A stretch of DNA of 64,000 bases from Felis catus (lineage: Eukaryota). Shown here piece after piece: positions 24,785-36,850 of this stretch. A model generated the notes under the pieces. It had not been told where the DNA came from and searched no databases. It saw only the letters and a program-made list of their open reading frames with translations. The number at the start of each line of letters is the position of its first letter. Position 1 is the first letter of the stretch. The position numbers and the translations under genes are program-made. Where the stretch lies: positions 106,084,001 through 106,148,000 of the forward strand of contig NC_058373.1 of the NCBI RefSeq assembly GCF_018350175.1, in the 5' to 3' direction.

Positions 24785-25107
24785 GTAAGTACGTGTTTCC
24801 TCTGATTCCCAGTCTCGCCGCTGCTGCGAGTGCTGATGATATCCGGCATGGTGGTCTGCCCAGCATAAACATTTACTGATTAAAAAAAAAAAAAGAAGAA
24901 AAAAAACAGCAGCAACGAGGAAGCAAAGGCTGGCTGTGTTACCCTGGCGACTCAGCTGCAGGATGTCCTGGGGTGTCACCGGAGCAGGAACTGGGAAGCT
25001 AGGGTCACACTGATTTCCCACCTGTAAGGCAGGACTCATTAAAGTGGGTTTGGCCAGATAAGGATACCCTCAGTGTCCATGTTCTGTTAACAAGTGATGT
25101 TCAGAAA

Positions 25108-25277
25108 ATGGGTGATGGGCATTGAGGAGGGCTCTTGTTGGGATGAGCACTGGGTTTTTGTATGTAAGCAATGAATCATGGGAATCTACCCCCAAAACCA
25201 AGAGCACACTGTATACACTATATGTTAGCCAACTTGACAATAAATTGTATTTAAAAAAAAAAAAAAAAAAAAAAAAG
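25108..25277 (+). mobile_element. Short carnivore L1 3' end with poly(A)
   Basis: atgggtgatgggcattgaggaggg...gatgagcactggg...gacaataaattgtattt followed by poly(A). Confidence 0.85.
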
Positions 25278-25814
25278 AATAAGGAAAGGAGGCATCAAAG
25301 GGAGGGAAGAAGTTAATGGTCATTTTTGCAGACGACCACACTATAACAAAAGCCTTGAAAATGTGTGTCACTGTAAAACCAGTGATTGTATTTGTAAGGA
25401 TTGTTCTGAGCATGTGATTAAAGACATGCCAAAGGAAAACAAAACAAAAACAAGTGAGTGATGTTCGCTCTTAGTAGAGCAGTGGAACACCTCTCTTGTG
25501 TTGAAGTTGGTCTTTTGGGGAGTATTTATTGAGTAGACACTTGGGCGTACGGTCCGTTTTCTAGACGAGGGGTCACGATGATTCCGACTCCTTCCCTCCG
25601 GGTGTTGAAATGGCCAAGAGCAGTGAGTCCAGCTAACGTTCACAGTTACTCAGCCTGGCCACGTCCAGATAAGCACAGTGGTTACAAAAATGCCTTGAGG
25701 AAGAAGGGTGGACTTGGCTAGTCCAAAACTTGTGGAATGACTGGCATTGATTAGAGGAAGGTTCTCTTCTGGAAGAGATGAACTTCGAGCTGTGGCTTAG
25801 AAGGAGGGTGGCGT

Positions 25815-25957
25815 AGGAGCGCCTGAGTGGTTCATTCGGTTATGCTGCCCGCTCTTGATTTCTGCTCAGGTCATGATATCACAGCTCACGAGTTCAAGCC
25901 CCGCACTGGGCTTTGTGCTGACGGCACAGAGACTGCTTGGGATTCTGTCTCTCTCTG

Positions 25958-25996
<39 letters not shown>

Positions 25997-26042
25997 TTCT
26001 CCCTCAAAATGAATTTAAAAAAATTTTTTTAATTCTAAAAAA
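25815..26042 (+). mobile_element. Can-SINE
   Basis: ggagcgcctgagtggttcattcggtta...(CT)n; TSD agaaggagggtgg at 25799-25811 / 26043-26055. Confidence 0.92.
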
Positions 26043-28065
26043 AGAAGGAGGGTGGGCTAAACTTAGTTACATAGGAGTGAGGTTGTCCCTGGTGTGCAAA
26101 ACTACCTGGGCCGGGCCTCCGTGGAAGGAAAGCAGGCCACCCTGCTGGAGGCAGAGGAGTGGGTGCACTTAAACATGACTGTGTGGGCAGAGTGCTACAT
26201 GGATACCACACAGCACTGCCACCGGTGAGGAGGGGCCGGTCAGGACAAGAAACCTGCTTAGGAGAGTGATCCTCCCTCCGGTCTGGTACTTGACAAAGGA
26301 GACTGTTCTTCAGGCAGCTTAGCAAGGTGGCCCCTCTCTTAAGTATCTTTCAGGTCGTGTATCAGTAATGCCATGAAGAACCTCCTTCCTTTCTCCTGCC
26401 ATAGAAGGCAGTTGACTCCATGGAAGACATAGCTCTAATAAAAGTTAAAGTCACAATATCTAATCTTTTCCTGTTTTTTATAAATCGGAAGCTTGTAAGG
26501 CTCCCCCCGCCCCCTTTGTGGCCGGGCATGGGGAGGATGCTCTTTCAAAAGGAAAGGGAGATGAACTGAATGAAATATTTCTGCCAACCCCAATGGGTCA
26601 AGACACTGAGTGAGCGAGTAGGATGGTCCTCCTCAGATTTCAGAGGCCCAATGGGCTCAGGGCAGTTTGGGATGAGGCTTTTTTTTTTTTTTCACAGCCT
26701 TCTCTTCGTTCCCATTTCCTCCCAGTGGAAGTCTTTCTAGACTAGTGTGGCAGTGATGACACAGCCCTAAAGCCTGATAATGGATCCTCTGACCTTTGCA
26801 TCTAAACTAGTTCAGAGCAAGACATGGAGGGGGGAGTGGGGGAGAAGGAGGTTTTGTGTTTGGGGTTTATTAAAGGTGGTTTTGCTTGAATCTGTCCAGC
26901 ACCTGGGTCATGTACACTAACACCCTTCTCGTAAGAAAGGGGCTACAGGAGCCTTCCCCTCCCCCTGGCAGCATGCATGTCAAGATGTAGCCCTGGAAGG
27001 AAATATTGGGAGGCAGACCTTGGCCTATCTAAATATTCATGTATCCCAGTTGTGCTTTACACAATTCAGTTATACTGCTTGAAGATAGCAAAGTTGGAAT
27101 TCATCTTCTGCCTTTGAATGAAAGAGAATAATACGTTTATGAAATACTTTCAAATTACTCTCCTATCTCTGTACCTCACATACATACATGTTCACTTGCA
27201 AGGCCAAAGTCCTAGAATCATGGCAGTTTATTCCAATCGAAGCAAGTTCCATGCTTTCTAAATTTCTACTTGTTATTTCCTTGATTCTCACGGTGATACG
27301 GATATTGCTTGCCTTTTGTCAAAGAAGGAACTGAGGCCAAGGCCACTTGTCATGGACAAGAACCAAATCCGTGGTGGAGCTGAATCAGAACCATAGCCTG
27401 TGACTTCTACACTCCTGCTTGGTAGTACCTCCACCAAAGCACGTATAGAAATAGAACCAGATTAAGTCATTGGTAGGCATGATGGTTGTTACTGAGACTG
27501 TGCAGAGTCAGACAGATCTGACCTCAAATTCTGGCTCTATCGTGTTTCAGCTACTAGACTCTTGAGCCAAGAATTTAATCCCTCTACACCTGAATTTATG
27601 TGTCTGTACAATTAGAATAATAATCCCTCACTCACAGAGGGTGAGATAAAGAAAGTGCATCTGGCAATGGTTGAAATTAATTACGAAAATTAGATTTGAA
27701 TAATCTGTATGTTCATCACCCTGGTAATGGAGAATATGGATAACTAACAAGGCACTAATACTCCTGCCTGCCTGTTCACAAAAACAAAATGGTGTAGACA
27801 AGAATAAAAATGGGAGACAATTATGGTGCCAAACATGACAGTTGAAATCCCACTGACCCAGATATCATCATGTAGCCTCAATATAGCCAGAGGGAAAGAA
27901 GGAAAAACCAAGCAACCAGAATTCTGAGCACAGAGTATCAACAGATTAAATTCTCTTGCTTTCAGTCACACACCCTTTGAATCTAATTTGCTGTTTATTT
28001 AACTTCTATTAATTGTATCCGAGTGCTAATCTGCTTATATCCTAAAGCTGGGATACGAAATCTCA

Positions 28066-28261
28066 GGGGCACCTGAGTGGCTCAGTCAATTGAGCATCTA
28101 ACTCTTGGTGTCTCAGCTCAGGTCATGATCCCAGGGTCATGGGATTGAGTGTTGCATCGGGCTTCACACTAAGTGTGGAGCCTGCTTAAGATTCTCCCTC
28201 CTTTCTCCCCCCTCTGCTCCCCCTCCACTTGTGCTCTCTAAAATTAAAAAAAAAAAAAAAA
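28066..28261 (+). mobile_element. Can-SINE (older subfamily)
   Basis: ggggcacctgagtggctcagtc...gagcctgcttaagattctc...poly(A). Confidence 0.9.
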
Positions 28262-28521
28262 TCACACCAATAAAGGGCTCCAACCGTTGGTACATTGCAG
28301 TTTGCAAATATGTGCGCGCACAGGGGCACGGCTTGGGCATGGCTCAGGCATTGTGGGCAGAGGGGCAGAGGGAGCTAGGGCATCACAAAATGGTTTGGAG
28401 TAGGTTCTGATGTGTTCACCATTCAGACTTACTACATTTGAGGCATATGGAAAATTAGACAAGGTGTGTGTGCATCTGCATTTGAAGCCCACCTTGACAT
28501 TATCCATTTCCTGTGTCAAAG

Positions 28522-28653
28522 GAGCTGGAATATCAAAAGTCTCAGCCCCCACAACCCGGAGATAAGTTTGTGTCTGTCGTCAGCCAGTTCATCACAGTAG
28601 CCAGCTTCAGCTTCTCTGATGTCGAAGACCTTCTAGCAGAAGCTAAAGACCTG
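28522..28653 (+). CDS. DAAM1: DAAM1 exon, FH2 ([44 protein letters not shown])
   Basis: gtgtcaaag|GAGCTGGAA...GACCTG|gtaagt; 132 nt, phase 0 to 0. Confidence 0.96.
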
Positions 28654-30269
28654 GTAAGTTTCCCGTTGCATACCGAGTGTTGTTTGACAGGGCTGACACT
28701 TCAGGTATTCTGTATTTTCATATCTAGGACTGTGATCAATTGGAACACACCCCTTTTTGTCTAACCTATGTTGCCCTTAGGTTAGCAAGACCTCGAAGTA
28801 TCTGGATGGTATAAAACCAGAAAATATTCTGCAGTTTTCTCTTGGTTGATATTGGTTGTCTTGTTGTTGATATTGACTTGTCTCTGGAAACCAGAAAAGA
28901 GTCGATTATGAAAATCAGAGGCCAGATAAAGTGTGAGATCAGGTGTGACCAAGGCCAAGTGTCTTAGTAGCTGTAAGTTATATGCTCTCCTGAGATAGAG
29001 ACTTCAGGCAGGATATTCCCTCTTGAACTCTCCAGCAGACCTTATTAAAGGAGATACACTTTAATTCACAGCCTCATTACAAGAGGCATATGTTTTAATA
29101 ATGTGGTGCTTTTTATGAGTTTTGCTATTTAAAATGCTGTTTGCCTCTAAAAGAAAAGTTTTCGTTGGCTAATAACCAAGACCTTAACTCCTCGTTATTT
29201 CCTCTTCCAAAATACATACCCATTTATATACATGTACACATTGTCTCATTTTTCTCTCACCCCCCCCCCTTCTCATAGTTAAATAAATCATATCAGGCCC
29301 CTATGCCACCCTGTTGAGTTCTTCCTCACTGCTCATCTCTCAGTTGCCATAATACTCTTTTGCTTTAACTTGATCTTGCCTTTGAAACTTGAGTAATGGA
29401 TGTCATTCCCTGTAGCCACCTGTTTAGTAATAGATATAGATGATTGTTTATGTAAAGTGCACACACAACTGCTTAAAGTTCGGAAGAAGATCATATTAGG
29501 ATACATTAGCTAGTCTGAACAGTAAACCTGACCTCCAACATTATTAAATAAATGGAAAGAGAATATATGTTCAGATGACTGCTGTTAAAAGTCCCATGAC
29601 TGATGCCAGCAACCTCCACTGTGATAGTCCCCACCCATGTCTTATGTGTGCCTCCTGTACAGGAGGGAAGGGACCCTTCCCCGTCCCCCACTCCAAACCA
29701 GGCAGTACAGAATCTACTTCATTAAGGACTCAAGAATTTTTATAAGAATCAACTCTACAGTTAATTTTTGAGGTAAAAACACATGCTTGTGCACAACCTA
29801 CTTTTAAAAAAATTTTAGTGTGGGAACTTTAGTCTGGGAACTTTAGTCTGGGACTAGTTTTCTCCAGATTTTTAAGACTAAAATACACATGACTTCATCA
29901 TCACTAGAATTCCTAGATAAAAAGATCATTCAGGATGGCTTGAAGTGCATGAACTTGAGTGTTTTAGAAACTCAGTTGTAGGCTGTCTAATGCCATTTTG
30001 CTCATACCAGAACTTTTAGAAATTAGCTTATAAAGCCATGAAGGCAGGCTAGAGCTCTGTGCGTGTCATGTGAACAATGTATTTTTCCCTAAAGAACTCT
30101 GATGTCTAGTAGATTATTTCCAAATAAGTAAAGCATTGAGAACAACTCAGTGAAGAGAAAAATGGTAAAAGCACATTTTTATTATACATTTACAGATGTG
30201 AAATAACAATTATAAAATGGCATGTGCACACACATCTATTACTTCATAGTTTTATCTCAGAATAAACGT

Positions 30270-30557
30270 TGAGGGGGAATTGGAGGAAGGTGATCAAAAA
30301 GTACAAGCTTCCAGTGATAAGGTCAATGAATATAGGGGTTGTAATGTACAAGGTGATTACTCTAGGGAACAGTGCTGCATGCTCTTCGTGAAAGTTGTTA
30401 AGAGAGTAGACACTTCTGTGTGTGTGTATGAGGTGATGGATGTTAACTTATTGTGGTAATCATTTCACGATATATGTAAGTCATGTCGTCATGCCGTACA
30501 CCTTAATTTTAAACAGTGCTGCATGTCAATTATATTTCATAAAAACTAGGGGAAAAG
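30270..30557 (+). mobile_element. Old L1 3' end fragment (L1MA9/10-like)
   Basis: ggtgatcaaaaagtacaagcttccag...ttgtggtaatcatttcacgatatatg...gtcaattatatttcataaaaact. Confidence 0.78.
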
Positions 30558-30974
30558 AAAATACTGAAAAGGTTTCCTTTAGGGAGATAGTACTAGCAAA
30601 ATATCAGAAAAAAAATATAATAAAGGCAAGTAACGCAAGAAAAATAAAAGCAATTAGAAATTCATGGGTTGGAGGCAGTGCATAAACACTTCGTATGCTA
30701 AATGAAGAAAATTAAAGATCTGGAAAATGTTAGGTAGTTGATGAGGCATAGGGATTAGGGATTCATTTGACTCTGAAGCTGTAAACACCATCCTTAGTAG
30801 CTCAGGAGTAACGGCATCGGATCCTTACAGGGGGAAGAAAAATTCCAGCAAACAGTATGACTGGCATTGAACATTATTTAGATAGTCATGATACCGCTAA
30901 GACTCCTGAAAGCATGCGATCTTGAGTTCCGAAGATAACTGCCAGAAGAAGTAAAACCAGAAGAGTACAACTCA

Positions 30975-31185
30975 GGGAACAATAACGTTTGGTGACAGAT
31001 GGGGACTGCACTTTTCCTCATGAGCACTGGCTACCGTATGCAATTGTTGAATCGTTACATTGTATACCTGAAACTAATATAACACTGTATGTTAAGTGTA
31101 CTTCACTTTAAAGAACTAAAATAAAATGTTAAATAAACTGACACATTCACCAGTCCAAAAAAAAGAAAATTAAAGAAAAGAAAAC
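30975..31185 (+). mobile_element. L1 3' end fragment (carnivore/L1MA-type)
   Basis: ggtgacagatgg...catgagcactgg...ttgtatacctgaaactaatataacactgtatg plus A-rich tail. Confidence 0.72.
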
Positions 31186-31196
31186 TTGAGGTGTTG

Positions 31197-31360
31197 AGGT
31201 GCTTGGATGGCTCAGTCGGTTAGGCATCCAACTCTTGGTTTCAGCTCAGGCCATGATCTCACGGTTTGAGTTCGAGACCAACTATCAGTTCAGAGCCCAG
31301 TTGGGATTCACTCTCTCTCAAAATCAATAAATAAACATGAAAAAATAAAAATAAAAGAAA
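31197..31360 (+). mobile_element. Internally deleted Can-SINE
   Basis: ggtgcttggatggctcagtcggttaggcatcc...gttcgag...ctctctctcaaaatcaataaataaac. Confidence 0.85.
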
Positions 31361-32086
31361 GAACTGAAGAGACTGGTGATACTATTTTGTTACTATATCC
31401 ATATGTTTGTATTAACTTTTTAAAATTCTCCCTTAATATTTTGCCCTTATGGTGTTTTAAGAGGATTTGTATTGAAAGGGGTTGCAAAACAAAGGATTTG
31501 GAATAAAATTGTATTCTCGGTCCTAAAGTAGGGGTTTCATTAATGATCCCATAGTCAGTTGTTTTCTAAGTGAGACCCAGGAAATATCACAACACGAGCA
31601 GCTACACAACATGATCAGGGAAAGCAGCTAAGAAGGCCTGGATCCCATTTGTTTTTGATATTAACCATATGGCACCAATAAATGATATTAAACTACTTCA
31701 AAGAAAAGTTGAAAGTACAAGTTTCCCTACCCCTGCTGAGTTTGCTATTAGTTTTATGTCTTGAGTGCTCTGCCCTACGATATTTTGCTTTCTTGTTTTT
31801 ACTACTGTTTAGTTAATAAAAAGTCATAGTAGGTAATCATTGGTGTTAGGCTGAAATGAGGTGGAAACGAATAAATGGTTTCAAAAGTTGAGGAGTGTTA
31901 ATTTTTTTTTACTTTAGACATGAGTGATAGGCTTGTTCAGCAGCCAAAGATAAATACAGGCTCACTAAAATCCAGCAAGTTATATTTGACTCTTCCTGCG
32001 CTTCACTCCTTCTAGAGAGATAGATTTCTATTTGATCACAGAATTCTCTCACAACACTGAACTTTCTAAAACCTCCTTTCTTCCAG

Positions 32087-32257
32087 TTTACTAAAGCAGT
32101 GAAACACTTTGGAGAAGAGGCTGGCAAAATCCAGCCGGATGAGTTCTTTGGCATTTTTGATCAGTTTCTCCAAGCTGTGGCGGAAGCCAAACAAGAGAAT
32201 GAAAACATGAGAAAGAAGAAGGAGGAAGAGGAACGCCGTGCTCGCATGGAGGCTCAG
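32087..32257 (+). CDS. DAAM1: DAAM1 exon, end of FH2 and coiled coil ([57 protein letters not shown])
   Basis: tttcttccag|TTTACTAAA...GCTCAG|gtaaga; 171 nt, phase 0 to 0; formin 'FGE...EFF' pattern. Confidence 0.97.
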
Positions 32258-32656
32258 GTAAGAAAATGTTGAAACTGGCCGTTTCCAGCTCCTGGAAGTT
32301 CAGTGCTGCGGCTCCTTGGCTTGTAGACCGTGCTGCGATGTGCCAGCAGGAGGGAGGGCATTTTATGCTTCTGGGAGCTTAAATCGGTGTAAGTTTCTCT
32401 TGGGCAACCTGGCAGTGTAGACCCGAAGCCTGAGAAAATATATCCACATCCTCTGATCTGGAGTTCCATTTCTTACAACTTATTCTAAGGAAATAATCAT
32501 AAATTTGCACAAAGAGAATAGTAGTCTTTACAGTAGTTCGACCTGGAAACAACCTAAATGTTTACCAACGAGGCAGCAGTTTTAAATGCAATAATAGCTA
32601 CATAATGGAATGTTTATGCAGTCCTTAAAAATCGTATTTTTAAAAAATATTTAATA

Positions 32657-32868
32657 GGGGCGCCTGGGTGGCTCAGTTGATTAAGCGGCCAACTCTTGGT
32701 TTCTGCTCAGGTCATGATCTCACAGTTCGTGCGTTCGAGTCCTGCATCGGGCTCTGTGCTGCCAGTGCAGAGCCTGCTTGGGATTCTCTGCCTCCCTGTC
32801 TCTCTGACCTTACCCGGCTCATGCTGTCTCTGTCTTTCTCAAAATAAATAAATAAACTTAAAAAAAAA
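32657..32868 (+). mobile_element. Can-SINE
   Basis: ggggcgcctgggtggctcagttg...; TSD aaaaaatatttaat at 32642-32655 / 32863-32876. Confidence 0.93.
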
Positions 32869-33548
32869 TATTTAATGATACAAAAAAGCTTATAAATGTA
32901 TTTCTATACGAAATCTTTTTCTTTTTTAATAAGGTAAGTTTTAATAAGGATAAATGATAGTGGTGGGCTATACCCCCAAGAGGTTCACAATGCTTCATCT
33001 CTTAACAGTAGGATTAAGAATGATTTTCCCTCATTTGTTTATATGAATTATCTAAGTTTTCTAAAATGCACATGTATAGTTTGGCTTTTAATAGTAGTAA
33101 ATTGTATGGAGCAGGCTCCAGGCACCCACAGGAAATTCAAGCTAAGCCTTTGATGTAAGGAGAGTGGCCTAACGAGCATTTGCTTTAGTGTCTCATAGAA
33201 AACAATATCTGGGGTCTGTTTAATAGCGATAACTTTCTGCTTCCGTTATAGAAATATGAATTGCCTCAACTGCTCTTGTTTTAACTAGAATATCATGAGG
33301 TTTACCTAGATTCTAGACGATGAGTGTCTAATCACAGAGTAGTGGTCATTTTTCATCATTATTCATTGCTTCTCAAATGAGACCTCATGTCCCAATTACC
33401 CCTGTCTTGTGACGTCCAGGGAGCTTAGCAGCCATGGATGCACATGGGTTGATGTGGCTGAAGCAACGCTATATTTCAGACTTCCTCTCCACCGAAAACA
33501 AAGCACAACATTTTGATGCTTCTCTAAGAGGTTGCTTTCTATTTGCAG

Positions 33549-33758
33549 CTCAAAGAACAGCGTGAAAGGGAACGTAAAATGAGGAAAGCAAAAGAGAATA
33601 GCGAAGAAGGTGGAGAGTTCGATGACCTGGTTTCAGCTTTACGCTCAGGAGAAGTGTTTGACAAAGACCTTTCTAAACTGAAACGGAACCGCAAGCGTAT
33701 TACCAACCAGATGACGGACAGCAGCCGAGAGAGACCCGTCACAAAACTTAATTTCTAA
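33549..33758 (+). CDS. DAAM1: DAAM1 last coding exon: DAD ([16 protein letters not shown]), basic KRNRKR, C-terminus ...RPVTKLNF*
   Basis: atttgcag|CTCAAAGAA...AATTTCTAA; 210 nt including TAA; agrees with ORF 33543-33758. Confidence 0.98.
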   Translation, partial: LKEQRERERKMRKAKENSEEGGEFDDLVSALRSGEVFDKDLSKLKRNRKRITNQMTDSSRERPVTKLNF

Positions 33759-35254
33759 TTTTCCTTGGATACTTTTTTAGGAAGCTCATTAGCAGCCCTT
33801 TGAAGTGACTAGAACTTTTCATTACACTGCCTTGCAATCCAAACAGTGGCAATTTCTTCCTTCATCTGTGAGTGAATGCGTGAATGTGTGTGTATGTAAA
33901 TGTATGTGTACATATATATTAAAAAATGTATATAGAAGTCTGAGTGTTGTCTGGAGACCTATATGTATGGTTAAAAACAAAACTCTGTGTTAATGTATGT
34001 GCTCAGAAACCCTTTGTGTATGCATTCATATTGAGTATGGCTCATTTTCTTCCCCTGAACACCATGGCTGTTCAGAAGCACAATGCTGTCTCCTGAAAGA
34101 GATGACAGAGACATTCCCTAGAGTAAAAAAGAAAAACAAAAGCAAAAAAAAAAAAAAAAGAAGAAGAAGAAAAAAAAGGCTTGAGAAATATTTTATGGTT
34201 TCCAAGCTTGGTATACTTAGAAATTATTTTCACTGGGGAAACTGGTGTTGGAAAAATATAGATTTAAAATGGTTTTTGATAGTTGACGATGTGATGCTGG
34301 TGTAGAGCATCAGTAATTAAGAGGAACCAGCTTAGAATTTCTGACATTGGTGTGGGGGTGCAGGCTGTAAATGTTTATTGAGAATATCTCGCACACAATC
34401 TGAATTATGTAGAATATCAATCAGACTCTTTTTTAGGAATTTACAACTCGGGCATCAATTTTGTTTCCTAATTTCATCGCGTTCTCTGCCAAGCGCTCTT
34501 GAAGATTTCTTTACATGGCTTTTGAAAAGAACACTATTTATCTACATGCAATTCACGCTCTTGTTAAAAAACAAGATCGCCAGAATGTGCTTGTTGTTCT
34601 AACAATGTAGATATATAAACTTTAAAAATAAAATTTCCCACCCAAGACCTAAAAGGAGGAATTCTCTGAAGGGATAAAAAATTATTTAAATTTTTTTATG
34701 GGGTGCCTTTTTTTTTTTTCTTTTGTATCTTCTATTTTGTAGGACAAGGGTGCATCTTCTGTCAATATGAGTCTGGACTAAAGGACACTTAGCGAATGCA
34801 CAAAATGCCAACAACACCAACAGAGATGCCAAGATCTATTTATCTCTAAGTATGTTTGAAATGGTTTGTTGTTTATATGTTGTCATTTTAAATTGTGTGT
34901 CAGTAAAGCTACCTGTAAAATTTCAGTCCAAAAGATAAAGCTCTCAGGGAGAAATGAATAAAAACAATGAACATTAGAAAATAAAATATAGATGCTTACC
35001 ATTAACCTACCAACTCTTAATATCCTTAAATTATATATAAAGAGGACTGTTACTTTTTTGGTTTTTTTTGGGTTGTTTTTTTTTTTTTTTTTTTTTTTTT
35101 GGCTTTGCTTTATTTATTTGTAGTGGGGGAGGGAGGGGCTAAGATTCTCTCTTTTCTTTCTATCAATCCTGTTGTGGTTGGGTTTCCTGTGGAGAGAGTA
35201 GTTTGTCCTGTTGCACTAGAACATTATTTACTCACGAAATTGAGTTTTTCAGTC

Positions 35255-35365
35255 AGTTAACAAATTATTTATTAAACACCTACTATGTGCCAGGCTTAGT
35301 AGGGCTACAGTGATAAGCAAGACAAAGTCCCTGCCCCCAAGGAGCTCATGTTCTAACGGGGATAT
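35255..35365 (-). mobile_element. L2 3'-end remnant inside the DAAM1 3'UTR
   Basis: caaattatttattaaacacctactatgtgccaggc...gacaaagtccctgccccc...gagctcatgttcta is typical L2 tail in antisense. Confidence 0.8.
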
Positions 35366-36301
35366 CGGGGTGAATAGAATACCAATAGGCGCTGTACAGG
35401 AATCATGCTATTTAAAAATACTTTGTATAAACTTTAATGCTTGGTGCAGACGGCGAGGCCCTGCACTGCGTGAAAGCTGTGAAGTAGTGCTCAACGATTG
35501 TCAAGAGCAGTGGTTTTACGTTTTGTCCCCCTTCATTGCGAACTTAGAGACTTTCTACACGTTTTATGGAAGTTAATGACTCTAGCACATGAAACAGTCA
35601 TAAAAACACAGCAGAGGTTGTGTTCCCCAGCCCCTAGTTACCAAGGTCTGCAGATACACCCAGTTAGAGGTGCAGACAGAGATTTGCTCCAAAAGGCTTG
35701 GAGAGGAGGAGTGGGATATGATGAGGGATGTGTCTCTTCCTTAACTAAAGTGCCTCTATCTTCTTTTCTATTCATAGCAGGAGAAATTTGGTCTGGCTCA
35801 ATTTTGGAACTGTATTTTGAAAAATGGCTTTGTTTTACAGTTTAAGGAATGGACAAGTGGATGAAGTGTCACCTAAAGGAGCAAGTTCGCGTAGCCTGTC
35901 CCTCTTGCCCTTGGTAGTCATCCTCATTTTGATACGGCCATCCTGGTAGGCCTCCTTTGCCATTTCCATTCTTGGTTTCTTTTCCCAAAAGCTTTGTGCA
36001 GGTAATTCCATGTGCCATTGTTGGAAAAAAAAAAAAAAAATCTACTTTTTAGATTGGTGCTGGTGTAAGTAGCCACTTTTCTCTCTTGGGTGTGTATTTT
36101 AAAGGTTTTTGTTTGTTTTTTTAAATTAATGCCAAAAAGAAAGCATTATAATTTGTAAACTTAATTATATGTCTTGTATCTTATTAGCTTAGTAGTTGGA
36201 ACCACTTAGTCTTTAGGTGCAAGACTGTTGTTACAGTACCAAGAAAAAAAATGTTGTATGTGTCATGAGATTGTACATTTTTTTTAAAAAAAGCAATATG
36301 C

Positions 36302-36307
36302 AATAAA
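36302..36307 (+). terminator. Probable distal polyadenylation signal AATAAA
   Basis: AATAAA preceded by two TGTA elements (~36255, ~36272) and followed by a GT-rich tract (gggtgtatgtat, ~36322-36333). Confidence 0.7.
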
Positions 36308-36688
36308 GAGATGAATTCATTGGGTGTATGTATACGCTTTCGATGAGTCATTAGAACATTGCCAAACGTCTTTTTACTTTGCACTATTAAATATTGCAAA
36401 TTGTTTAGTAAGTCAAAAATACATATTTTTAAATTTGTACATCCTGGCTGGACCTAGAAGGGTATAGTTTTCTGCTATGGTAGCATCTGATATGTCCACA
36501 GACCTATGCTACTACCTCTTTCTGTCGCTTTTCTGTAATCTCTCTGTATGACTCCATAGAGTTATACGGTTGCCCAGTAGGGCTACTAGTGAATAATTCA
36601 ACTTGGGGTATAAAAAAGAATGTCTAGTCTCTAGAATCAAAGCCTTTTTTATTTTGAAGCGTTTCCTTTTTTTAAAATTAATTTATTA

Positions 36689-36850
36689 GGGGCACCTGGG
36701 TGGCTCCCGTCATGATCTCGCAGTTCTTGAGTTCAAGCCCCGTGTGGGGCTTGCTGCTGTCCGCACAGAGCCTGCTTCACATCCTGTCCCCCTCTCTCTC
36801 TGCCCCTCCACTGCTCACGCTCTCTCTCAAAAAATAAATAAAACATTAAA
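36689..36850 (+). mobile_element. Can-SINE with internal deletion
   Basis: ggggcacctgggtggctc joined directly to gtcatgatctcgcagttc...aaaaataaataaaac. Confidence 0.88.

Larger units (their letters stand above)
33759..36330 (+). other. DAAM1: DAAM1 3'UTR (approximate 3' end)
   Basis: AU-rich, nearly repeat-free sequence after the stop codon, ending near AATAAA at 36302; exact cleavage site inferred. Confidence 0.7.

Noticed and set aside
28490..28500. ccttgac resembling a U12 branch site
   Set aside because: The partner donor at 24785 is GTAAGT, not GTATCCTT; no intron in the window has a U12-type donor
18661..33758. A few residues differing from human DAAM1 as I recall it (RSNAL, YPKVL, AVEME, QAVAE, EEGGE, RPVTK)
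   Set aside because: Comparison is from memory, changes fall outside the core motifs and look like ordinary orthologue divergence
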